DNA of 59,026 bases, counting the filler, from Basidioascus undulatus (lineage: Eukaryota), in the NCBI GenBank assembly GCA_000826855.1. It is 4 parts of 4 records of this genome, joined end to end, with 100 filler letters (N's around TTAATTAATTAA, not from the genome) between each part and the next. Parts side by side here need not be neighbours in the genome. Positions count along the whole stretch, not along the records: positions 9,753 to 39,555 come from JTLS01000123.1; 3 more parts are not named here. The stretch is one strand, 5' to 3'. A program made the position numbers and the translations under genes. Shown here piece by piece: positions 12,550 through 23,485 of the stretch. The notes beneath the pieces are model-generated. The model was not told where the DNA came from, ran no database searches, and worked only from the letters and a program-made list of their open reading frames with translations. Numbering within the stretch: the first letter of the stretch is position 1; every line of letters begins with the position of its first letter.

Positions 12550-13754
12550 GCACAAGCAAGCGCTGCCGACGGAATGGCCCGCCTGACGGGCTGCTCTGTG
12601 GGCATCTTCCACTTCGCAGGCAGCCCTCAATCGCCTGGCATGGTTCGTTCGATCTGTAATTTTTTCCAGCAAGCTGCAGAGGCAGTCGTGAAGCGGCGGG
12701 TACAACAGCGCGGGCAGGGTTTGAAAGCAGCAGGCCGTGTGCGCTGACGGTGCCAGTTCAGACAGATTTCGAAACGTGTATCATGCCCATCGGTATCTCT
12801 CGTGGCTGCGTTTGAAAGGGTAACAGAATGGTAGGGAGCGGGAGCGCCAAAACCTCAGAACATCGAATCTCTACTGAATGTGCATGGACTCGTGAGTCGT
12901 AAGCAAACTGGCACCACGTGAGGACCTGACCGACACAGGTAACGCACAAGCACTGCCTCAAACAGGGTAAAGCACTTTTCCGCATGCACTGAAAGAAACT
13001 GCGTAAGTGATTGCCGTGTTTCAAGCCTTGCGAACTGACCGCGAAAGCGTACTGGTGTATGTGCCTATCTGTAGAATAGGGAGATAAACACCCTAGTCTC
13101 CGCAAATTCCTGACAGGAAAGGCAAAGTGGGCGGAAGAAGCGCACCTTTCAAGACGAGCAAGGCCATTCTCGAGTCTGTCGACGTCCGCCGCGAAGATAC
13201 TCACGATGACTGTCAAGATATTCAGGATGACCGTGAAGATGTACACGATGGTGGTGAAGACCATGAGTGCCACACATTAGACCTTATACCGCTGCCGCGA
13301 CGGCAACGGCGGCTTACGGGGCAAGGGTCTGCGGTGGTCGGAGCCGGCGCGAGCACCGCGCCTGAAACGGCATCCACCAAGTCAACAACTTGAGCGTCCA
13401 TGCGAGCACGCAAATATATGCGCTTTATGACAAAAGTGACCTGGAAGAGCCTGCTGCACCTCCCGCAAAAAGTTGAGCGCGCCGACAACGAAGGTGCTCT
13501 GCGCCTCTGGTCCAGTCCGAACCGTCAACCCCGAGCACTCTCCAAAGTGCCACGAGAGAAGAGTTGTTTACATACCCGCTGGGGGCCCCCAAGCTCCAGC
13601 TCTGAGGCAACTACATGCAGATAGAGCTGGGCGGCGGTGAGGTCCGCCTTGGTCGGAGGGAGGACGACTCCGGCAGCGGCTAGGTTGGCCAAGGTGGCGT
13701 CCAGCGCGGGGTGAATCGTGTTGGGAAGCGGAATGGTAAGAGAGAGGATTTCAT
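12550..13754 (-). pseudogene. Mug135/DUF1773-like gene, copy A (decayed; 3' end approximate)
   Basis: ATG 13754: MKSSLTIPLPNTIHPALDATLANLAAAGVVPPTKADLTAAQLYLHVVASE then donor GTATGT; later VFTTIVYIFTVILNILTVIVSIFAADVDRLENGLARLE. Clear nucleotide and protein paralogy with 16045-16422; family name is inference. Confidence 0.5.
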
Positions 13755-15254
13755 GGCTTTTAGGAGGCGTTAAATTTCCTGCTTAATGGAAGGTAGACGA
13801 CTGGCTTTGACGAGCGGACAGAACTGAGCGTGTGGAAAGGGGGCAAGGGGGTGCATGGGCTAGAGCGGAAGTCCGCAATCCGGTGAATGCAATGGTTACG
13901 CGCCGTCTTGTTCAGGCACTGCGACCACTGTAGTGTTCTGCGTTTTTCAGTGTAAATAATTGTAGGTCGGGTGCAGTAGTACACTGCTAATTTTCTCAAT
14001 AGGGCACAGGTAGTTCGCCAATTCCATCCGTGGGCACCCTTCTTTGCACATAGTCATCTTGCCAAGGCCCTAAGCAAGAAGATGAACCTTGAATGCTGTT
14101 ACAGGCCTGCAATGTCTTAGAGAGGCCCACAAGCAGACACGATGCGGTGCACAACCGACGTCAAGAGGCAAATGCCGTGCACGCTTGACTTCGCGATGTT
14201 TGGAAGCCCTTACGCAATGTCAGATTGAATTCAAGTCGAAACACCCTTGTAGCTAGCCACAAGAGATACAGTGGAGATGAAGGCATGATTGCGAAGGCAG
14301 ACCTTCTCTTCAGCTGACCTGAGCACGCCAATTCTCACATCCGGTTGAGATTCTAAGCGGACGTGCCTTTTCAATTTTTTTTGATAAAGTCGGAGACCAT
14401 CGGCACCCACACATCTACACTGCAGTGGCACCCTGTGTCACCCAGCAAGCTTGTATCGTTACCTCTCTTGTCTCTAGGAATCCATTGTACAGATGGGACG
14501 CCTTTGATAGAAAAACTCATATTTTTACTTACGCATTGTTTTCTGTGGATGCTCTTATGGAGAGGGGGAGCCGTGCAGGTGAATGAACATCTTCGGACCA
14601 CTCTCTTAACACAGCGCCGCATACGCATGCTGTTGCTCAGTTGCTCTCGTTTACACTTCCTCATTGCAGGCAACAGTGTTGTGCACAGTAAAAGACACTG
14701 AAATATTCAAACATTCCCGGCTAGGATATTGACTGCTCCTTGAAGATGGGCGCAAGAGGGATGAGAGCAGAAAACTGATTTTATAAACCATTTCATTCGG
14801 ATGGGTCTCAATGAGCAGTGTTTCTTAATCTTTGACGTAGGTCTCCGGCCGGAACGTGTGGCAGAATGCGGAATATGCTGATGTCTTCCTTATCGTGGTG
14901 CAACCGGGGTCTGAGCGCTCATGAGGTCTGTTCTGTCTACAGCGCGGCCAAGTATCACAGGAAAAGAACCTGTGTAGTATGGCGCGTCTGTGGCGGACTT
15001 GGGCTTAAGCTGTCAGATTTCATTTAACTCCTCATACGTACTCATATGTTCTAGAAAACATACCATCTCGCTCCCTTCCACGGAGACAAACAGCTAGCTG
15101 AGGCGGGAGGCGAAGCGACGCGCGACGGAGTGAAAGCAGCAGAACGCCAGGGCGGCTGTTCCAGCCACTCTCGGTGCACATTTCATGCAAATTATAAGCC
15201 AGACATTGCCCACAATTCTTTGAGGAGAGGGAGAGTAATGCAGGATCGACTAGC

Positions 15255-16422
15255 TCAAGACTCCTTCATGAGGCTGCGTGTCCGCGGAAGATCTGGTTGG
15301 GCGCACGCGCGAACCAGGCATTGAGCTGCGAGTTTTCTTTTTTTTTTCGGGAACACTACAAAATACATGTGTGTGTTCAAATTGTTCTGATCTAGGCTGT
15401 GGGAACTGGCCGCAGGAGCCTGGGTGTTGGCAGCGTCGGCAGCGTAGGGGTCGGGAAAGCGATGGGGCAGGCCGAGTGCCGTGCTGATCGTGTTGTCCAT
15501 CTGCATAATCATAGGTCAGTAAGCGTAGAACTCTTCCCATAATACTCTAGGGTAGGAAACTGGGCGGAATGCGCGTACGTACCCTTGCTTTAAAACGATC
15601 CAGCTGGGTCCCCATGCGGTGAACGCTGATCTCCAAGTCGTTGACACCGATAGCCAGCTTGTTCGCGGCCTCATCAAGCTTTTGCAACCCTTGAATCAAA
15701 GCAGCAGCCCACGGGGGAGTACCCTTTGGGATCGGAATCGACACTGTACCCATCTCGGCTGGCACACAGGATGTAAAGTTAGTGACGTGGTCGCTCATGT
15801 GGATACAAATACCCAAAAGCTCCAGGTCAGTAGCATAGATGGATTTGGTAGTATAATAGATCTTAATTTATGTGTCCGAGCCTGATATATTGATCCCACG
15901 AAGTCCTGCGCGTAGACGAGGAAATGGTGTTTCTTTGTTGGGACATTTGGGAAATCTCTCGATGGTTAATGGTTTGTCGCGCAATCGCGCCAGCCTCGTC
16001 AGATGTTGACATAAGGGAAGGTGTTGCTCACGCGCAAATTATGCATCCTCTGCGACCTCAGCCAAGTAGTGCCACACAGCCGTAAGATCTGCGATGGTCG
16101 GGGGGGCTTACGACCCCCGTAGGCGGCATGTTGGCCAGGTGGCGTCCGGCGCCGGCGTGGATAGGGTTGTGAAGAGGACGGTTAAAAACGGTCCATCTGT
16201 CAACCACGGGCCTCCTCAAGGAACACGAAGAACGCGCTGCCTGTCACTGGAGAACTCACCGTTCGGCGGCAACCTCCATCAGATAGAGGTACGCGGCGGT
16301 GACGTCCGCGTGGGTCGGAGGCACAGCGACGTCGGTAGCGGGCATGAGTCGGCAAGGTGGTGTCCAACGCTGGTGTGCATCGGGTTACGAAGAGGCAGAG
16401 CAGTAAGAGCAGGGGATGCCAT
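15255..16422 (-). pseudogene. Mug135/DUF1773-like gene, copy B, with two tandem N-terminal PPTxAD modules, both frameshifted
   Basis: Module 1 PLRNPMHTSVGHHLAD/fs/MPATDVAVPPTHADVTAAYLYLMEVAAER; intron 16197-16259; module 2 PLHNPIHAGAGRHLANMPPTGVVSP/fs/PTIADLTAVWHYLAEVAE; then GTPPWAAALIQGLQKL..coiled coil..LDRFKAR|IMQMDNT..LDQNNLNTHMYF..KKKRKLAAQCLV. Confidence 0.55.
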
Positions 16423-17367
16423 GGCGTTCTACGTTAAGAAAGAGCTGTTCTCTGCGAGGGAGTGGCGAACACGCTCAGCCTCGTAGCTGCGAGCCGATTT
16501 GAACCCGCCTCCTGCCAGGCCCGCCACTTTCCAGGTTGACATGCTCAGGCCACCATTCTTCTTATTCTTTCCGGCAGATGGACCTGTCTGCGCCGGCTGG
16601 ACTGTGACCTGAGGACGAATCGCCTGCGGTATAATACATATTCCCGCTAATGAGGCCTCCCACGGGCGTGACTGTCAGTTGGTCGCGGACCGCACCAACA
16701 AAGACCAGCAGCTTCACTTACAGTACAAGGGTTTCAAGGGCCGACAAAACATCATCTGTATATCCTTGGATGTCGACGACAGCTTGGGTCTCCGCATCGG
16801 ATGGCACAGGCTTCAAGTCCTCAACCGAGGATGGAGTTGCCGACTCCTAGGCTGGGCCCGCTCACGTCGTAAACCAAAACGTCGAGTGATATAGTGAGGG
16901 ATGATTTGAATGGTTCGTTAGGCATAGATGGTTACGAAGATCATGATGATGATGAGGACGACCGTGTTGGTGGGAAAGCAGAGATAGATGAATTGTAACC
17001 TGTGCTTGGACGGAAGTTTTGTGAGAAAAAGGTTAGTTCAACATAGGCTTTCGGATACTTTTAACCAAAGCTTCCTCTATGAAATCTGTACAATATTGTA
17101 CGGGACCTGCATATTGGGAGAGAGGAAGGTACGTTCCGAGTTGAATGGGGCATTTGGGCTGCGGCGCACGGCGGCCCGAGGCGCCGAAATGAACGTGCTG
17201 AGCAGGCTACTGATCCAGCCGTCGACCGCATCCTCCTCAACTTACCACTTTCCACCCTTCCAATCTTGCTTCCAACCGACACGCCTCTTGATTACGACAT
17301 TCACGACTTAACACCGGAACCAGCTCCCTATACTCTCTCGAACCTATCGATCACGGTCGGGCCCAAG

Positions 17368-18985
17368 ATGGCCGCCTCACCGGCTGACATCGTGCCTCCT
17401 CTCGACTCGCCGCCTCTCAAGCCCCTGTTCGGCGGCGCCGGCCCAGACGTCGATAGGCACTCATGCCGACTCCTAGGTCCGCCGCTTCATCGGACGTTGC
17501 TTGGGCGCTGGGTGCTGTGGTCCTGACGCGGAGGACGCGTTGGGGTGCAGGGCCCGTCGCGCTCGTCGTTCAGGGTATCATGGGCGCGCTGGTGCTCGGC
17601 TCACTCGTGTACAAGCGGCACAGAGAAAATCCGAGGAGGCCGTGGAAGATCTGGTGAGTCAACGTTCTTTAAGGAACCCCTGGCGCGGGGGACAGTTGGT
17701 TGGTGTGAGGCGGAGAGATTGAAGCCGCTCAATGCTCATCTTCCTCGCATCGCAGGATATGTGACGTCTCCAAACAGGTGCTTGGGCAAGGTACGTCTGT
17801 GAAGGGACCAGGGGAGCACTTTATACTGACAAGCCTGCTGTGGGGCAGCATTCGTCCACGGCGCTAACGTTCTCGTGTCCGACCTGTTCGCGCTGCACGG
17901 CGGTCAGAACGCATGCAGCGGTGCATCTGCCTCTTGCAGTCTACACTCCCGCATAAGATACTGATACATCTTCACGTCCAGGATACTTCCTCAACATCAC
18001 GATCGACACGACAATCGGCGTGGGAATCATCTTTGTTATCCTTAAACTCTTCAGCTACATTTTCGTCACGGTTCGTGCCGGATTACCTTCGCGGTTGTTT
18101 TACCACTATCTTAATCACCTCTCATTCCCTCTCAGAAACTCAACTACCAACGCCTGCGATCAGGCCAATACGGCTCTCCGCCGTCCTTCCTCTGTGCGTC
18201 TGGCGTCTTCCAATGCACATTCCGCCCTGACGCAATCTACCCTTGACCAGCGTGGTTCCTCCAGCTCATCGTCTACATCGTGGCGATTACCGTCATGAAG
18301 CTCTTCGTCGTCGCGCTTCTGGCGGTGGCGCCGAGCATCTTCAAGTTCTCCGACTGGGTGCTCTCCGAGCTCTCCGAGGACGCGCAGGTCGTCGTCGTAA
18401 TGTGCCTCTGGCCGCTCGTTATGAACATCCTCCAGGTATGCAGCTACCATAGTTTCCTTTCGGCGGTCATCGCTTAACTGACCGCACCGATCGCCTCTTT
18501 CACAATGGCAGTTCTGGCTCATCGACTCGCTCCTCAAGTCGAAGTCTCAGCCCACGCCCCACGCGCACAAGACGCTCGAGGACGACGACGCGGACGACGC
18601 CGACCGACCCGGCCCTTCCTCGTCGCCTCGGACCGGCGAGCGTGAGCGCTTCCTGGACGACCATGATGGCGATGCGTACAAGGACAATGACGAGGGTGAG
18701 GATGAGGAGGCGGAGAGGCCGGCTAGGGATATTGAGGAGGGCCGCGGAAAGGCGGTACGGCCGGCGAACGATGGGGAGGAGATCCCGATGGCCAACCTGG
18801 GAGGACGGGGTCTGAGAGGGGGCACGCCGAGGGGGAGGGACGTGGACAGGAGGGTCAGGATCGTTTTGGGCGCCGCTGGTCGGAAGCGGACACTCCCTGG
18901 GAGGTGGTGGCCGCTTGGTGTGGGGATGCGGCAGCGCCCACAGCCAGGACTGGCGCCTGTTCCGGTGTCGGTCATGACCCGATAG
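17368..18985 (+). CDS. STIMATE/TMEM110 (yeast YPL162C-like) vacuolar membrane protein
   Basis: CRLLGP|VALVVQGIMGALVLGSLVYKRHRENPRRPWKIW|ICDVSKQ..YFLNITIDTTIGV..QVVVVMCLWPLVMNILQ|FWLIDSLLK, the family signature motifs. Confidence 0.9.
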
Positions 18986-19879
18986 TGGACGATGACATGG
19001 ATTTGCATCATTTGGAGATCGCGGCCCAGCCATAAGGGCCACGCGTATACGGCGCTGTGAAGAGTGGATGGCAACGCCGACTTGTGAATCTTAGAACGCT
19101 TTTTCGGAGCACTGTTACCCATTGATGAGATAAGGATCACCCACACGTATCAAACACTCGGTGACAATTAACCAAACCTGTGAGAATGGTCGAAGAGGCC
19201 TCTTGAAGCAGTGGCAGTCGACCGCCATTCGGTGTCTATTCTGCCTTTCGCGAATTCCTGCTGTTCGCCCACCCTGCAGGAACGGTGCGGGATAATCAAG
19301 TTCATCAAGTTGTTATTGGCGATCAGGGTCAGCCATTCTCGACGTCATGGACGAGCACGCTCGCGTTGGTGCGACGCTGTGCCTCGTTTTCAGTGTCAAC
19401 TTCAACGTCCATCCTCCTCCAAAAAGCACTTCTACCCGAAGTCTCGTCACCTCCCTTGCTCTCCGCCATACACTCGACACAAGATATTCCAATGTTTAAT
19501 GAAATAAACAGTCACTGCATGCTGGCGGTCGAGTCGGTGGATCTTCCGCGCTTCCGCCGACCTGCTCGTTAGTGCGACGCGCAGCTATCGCGCTCGCTCA
19601 CTCATCCCTTGGTCGCGCTAGCGTGATGCTTAACCGCCTCATCCCTGCCTCGGACAACACCCTCCCCATGCTCACCGGGCAGGGCAAGCAGACCCGCTCG
19701 AAAGCTCCCTGACGCCGGCGGCGCTGCCCTTGCTCAGCAGCTCGCTCGCTCACCCTCAATCCTTCCTCTCACCTAGCCTGCGCTCAAGATCCCACCACCC
19801 AGCCCCACGTGGGCTGTTCACGCTCATTTTTCTCGGCTCCAAGATACCCCAGCACGCTCATTCATCATACCCTGCCACC

Positions 19880-21550
19880 ATGCTCAGCACTCAGCATATC
19901 GTCTGTCTCTGTGCGCGACCTGCCTCCTCGACTCGCGCGTAGCTGCAGCTCCCCTCGGACTGACATTATCGTCTCTCCCAGCTCTTACCTCCATCTCAGC
20001 CCTCGCCCTCCCCGTCCTTCTCTTCCGCCGCACCAACCGACAAAGCCCGATCACCTGCGCTTTCCTCATCGCGACACTCTTTCATGCCATCATCATTATC
20101 CTCCCGTACACTTGCAACAACCCACTTTCGGATATCTTCAAATCTCCTGCCCGACCGGAGGTGGCCGTGTCGGAGGGCGGGCATGTGGGGAAGTTCGGGG
20201 TGATTGTGGCTTTCCTGTAAGTCGTTGCACACGGTGACTGTACGCGCAACTGAAAGGTCGGGAAATGCGCAGGTCCCGTTACATCGTAACCCTTCTCATC
20301 GGCTTCAGCTTCCCCTGCGCCCTCGCCCTCTTCCTCTCCGTCCGGCACGTTTCCTCACATGTTCCAAACAACGACGAGGCCCTCCCTCCGATCTCCACGG
20401 CCGCTTCGGTGTGTCTCGCTCTCGCTCCCTGGATATGGTCCGTCGCAGCGGTCGTCGTTCCTGCGGTCTTCGCAGTTAAGGCACCAAGGGACTTCCAAGT
20501 GTCTTATAACCCTGTGAGGACTTGTATCGAACTCCTTGAAGCTCAACAAGCCTATTCTTACCACGTTCTTACAGACAACCGCCCTTCTGAAGCTGAGCAT
20601 CTCGCAAGACGGCCTGCTCTCGCGCGATGCCGGTGCGTTCATCTCCCGCTCTTACCATACACCGCGATCTCACCCCCCTCTCACAGATACCCTTATCCTC
20701 CGCCTCGTCCCCCTCGGCCTGGGCGTCGTCCTCCTCTTCTGGGCGATCATCAGCGGAGGCTTCGCCAACTGCCGGCGAAGCCCTTACGCGCGCCTGGCGC
20801 TCGCAGCCCTGAGCTTGACGGCCGTCGGCGTCGTGCAGGTCGTGTTCGAGATGCGGGCGAAAAGCCCCGCACCAGATACGGTGCGGCCCGTTCCGCCCCC
20901 GGACATCACTGGTGACAAAGTACTGCCTTTGATGATGGGTGAGTCGCGCTTGTCCTTCGCGTAAAGAGGGAGCGAGGCAGAGATGCTCACGGACCACGAC
21001 GCGCAGCTGCCCTGCCTTTATGGATCGCGGCCATCTTCGTTTGGCCGGCTGCCCGCGGGGGAGTCAGGCCCGACTCGCTGGAGGCGGAGAAGCCTCGACC
21101 ACACTCGGGCTACTTCATCATGCTCGACCCCGACCCGAAGACGCAGCACCGCTCCGAGTGCGCCTCTTCCCTTTCCTTCCTCCTCGCCTCCACCCCGCTG
21201 ACATTCCATTCCATGAACGTAGCAGATCCCAAACCCTCTCCCCCCTCTTATCCTCCACCCCCAACCCGACCCTCCTCGCGCCGACCCCGCCTCCCAGGGA
21301 CGCCCTCACGCCTCCCCTCCTGACGACCTACGCCGCCCCAATCGCAGTGCACGCGCGCGCGCCACCCCCCGCGCGCACGCCTTCGCTCAACCTGCCCACA
21401 CCCTTGCACACCCCCTCTCCAGCGCCGACGTCCCCGCCCGGGCTGTCGCCGTATGACGCGTTTGAGGAGTACCCTGCGGAGGAGCGCGAGCGCAGTGACT
21501 CGAGGCCGCAATCGCAGTTGTCGCAACTGTCTATTCCCAGAGCTATTTAG
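19880..21550 (+). CDS. Hypothetical multi-pass membrane protein with S/P/T-rich C-terminal tail (5' exons uncertain)
   Basis: Several hydrophobic segments joined by canonical introns (YIVTLLIGFSFPCALALFL; LVPLGLGVVLLFWAIISG; LALAALSLTAVGVVQVV; LPLWIAAIFVW); GC3-rich codon bias; ends IPRAI*. Confidence 0.6.
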
Positions 21551-23485
21551 GCGTGTACCACCCGATCTTGCCGTCTAGTTTACATTGTTAGATAATGTAG
21601 TACCTATCTGTTCTTAGGCGTGTGCGGCCGCTGCGGTTGCGCAGATTGCGGTTGTGTGCTCACATTGGCCTGCGAAGTCTGCAGAGGGGGGCTTTCAGAC
21701 ACGGTCAGCCCAACTCCTTGAACTGCTTGCCTTGCCGTTATGTAGGGTCCGTCGCCTGCTAGCAACTTTCTCGAGAATCCGCGGCAGCAGTCGAAGGCAC
21801 CACCGGGGATTTCTCAGCACCTGACGCCCGCATCGCGTATTCCTTGAGCCCTGAACCCCCAAGAAACCCAAGTCAACAAGCTTTCCTGCTCAAGTGTTTG
21901 TAAGTAGTTGATCTCGAAGCCGGACGTGTCATCGCAGCTGTCAAGCTGCGCCCTCACCCGACTGTCAGGCTCAGGAAACGCAGAGAAGACGGACAGCCAT
22001 CGGCAGTAAGGGCCTCAACATGGCGTGTGTACCATGATTCCAACCCCCGGGAGTTCTCAGTTGAAGATGGTTATCAGCATGCCATCCCGGCGGTCGATGC
22101 GGTCTGCCAAACTTTTGCAATGCCTGACAAGCAAGTTGCTTAGCGGTACGCGCTCTCGGAACGACCCATCCCACCATACACTCATAAACTCGAGGAACCC
22201 CTCTTTATTTCAACCGCTCGGGACGGAAAGTTGAAGGAATGTTGGACTCATGCTCTTCCAGCAAGCAGTAGGGCTCAAGCGAGGCTCAGACGACTTCCCA
22301 AGAACTTGGCGGGGCCTTTCGCAATGTCATGTCGGCAATGGTGTTATAAAGGTTCTAGGCAATGACGCTTTCAATAATATTATCTTGGGCACGCTTACGC
22401 TGAACTGGAGGGCCAGAAAACACACTTCATGCGATGACACAGAGAGACCGCAGCGACAGGAGATGAACCTTTGTGCAACTCCTGGGTCGGGCCTCCGTGG
22501 TGGCGGCATGTGGATTCTGAAATAACTAGACGTCTTTCATAGACTCATACGGTGCAGAACTCACGGGTACTGCTATGGAAGAGAGAAGCGAAGGAGGACG
22601 CCACTGCACGCTGTCAGCTTTGAGGGGAAGAGGTTGACAAACGCTGTACTGGAGGATAAATGAGGCCTGGCGATTCGATAAACGTACATCTTCGATTCCA
22701 TGAAAGAGCGCTGATGCACAAGTCGAGTTCACAAAATCTTTCATGCATATCATGAAATACTATATGCACAGCGAGCTAGCGACGCGTCGACTCGGACGCG
22801 TCGTCCTCTCGAGCTTGGACCGGTAAATATGTTTGGGTGAGTAGACCAGCGTAGGTAATTGCAAAGTGTACGGATATGATAGTGGTTGCAGATCAGCGAA
22901 GCAAGGCAAGAAACTCGTTTCAGGGGAGCAGATGCTGTCACGAAGGCTCGCGAGTCCCGGGACTACCGCTGAGCGTCAACCACAGCGCCTGCTCGTCGCC
23001 CTTTGCCCAACTGACTGCATTTCCTGGCTCAATGAATGGTGTTCAGGTGTGAATATACTGCAAGCGTGGCGCCTTTGGTTGACAGGACGAGTGCATCGAG
23101 GCCTGTGAGTCGTGCAGTAAGATGCGGGGTTCGAAAGTCATGTGGACGTCGATATGCTTGGTTAGTTTCGAATCGGCGTCGAGTCGAGTGTTCTCGTCGA
23201 CGTTCTCGTCCGCAGAGCCACCTATTCACCCCATCGTCGTCCCCACCCAGACCACCGTGCTCGACGTTGGCAACGGCGAGCCGACCAGTCCCGACACGCG
23301 CACGCTCACAGCCAAGGCAGGCAGGCACCGTCCCCCGCCCCCCGAGCCCGCCGCCCCTCTCCCCGCAAACGCGTCTCTCACGGCTTCTTCCCCTCCCGTC
23401 GCCCTCGCTCGCCCTTCCACCGCGCCTCTGGACCGCGCCCGACCCACAGCCCCGCCCTCTCTTCTTCACAGTACAACGCAAAGCC

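Noticed and set aside
14000..15100. More AT-rich stretch inside the paralogue island, possible transposase or RT relic
   Set aside because: No DDE, RT or other diagnostic motif could be read in any frame.
16485..16560. A-box/B-box-like motifs on the minus strand (GGGTTCAAATC), possible tRNA or SINE
   Set aside because: No cloverleaf pairing; match too weak.
21600..22900. Stop-interrupted coding-like sequence between the membrane protein gene and GSK3
   Set aside because: No consistent frame or recognisable domain.
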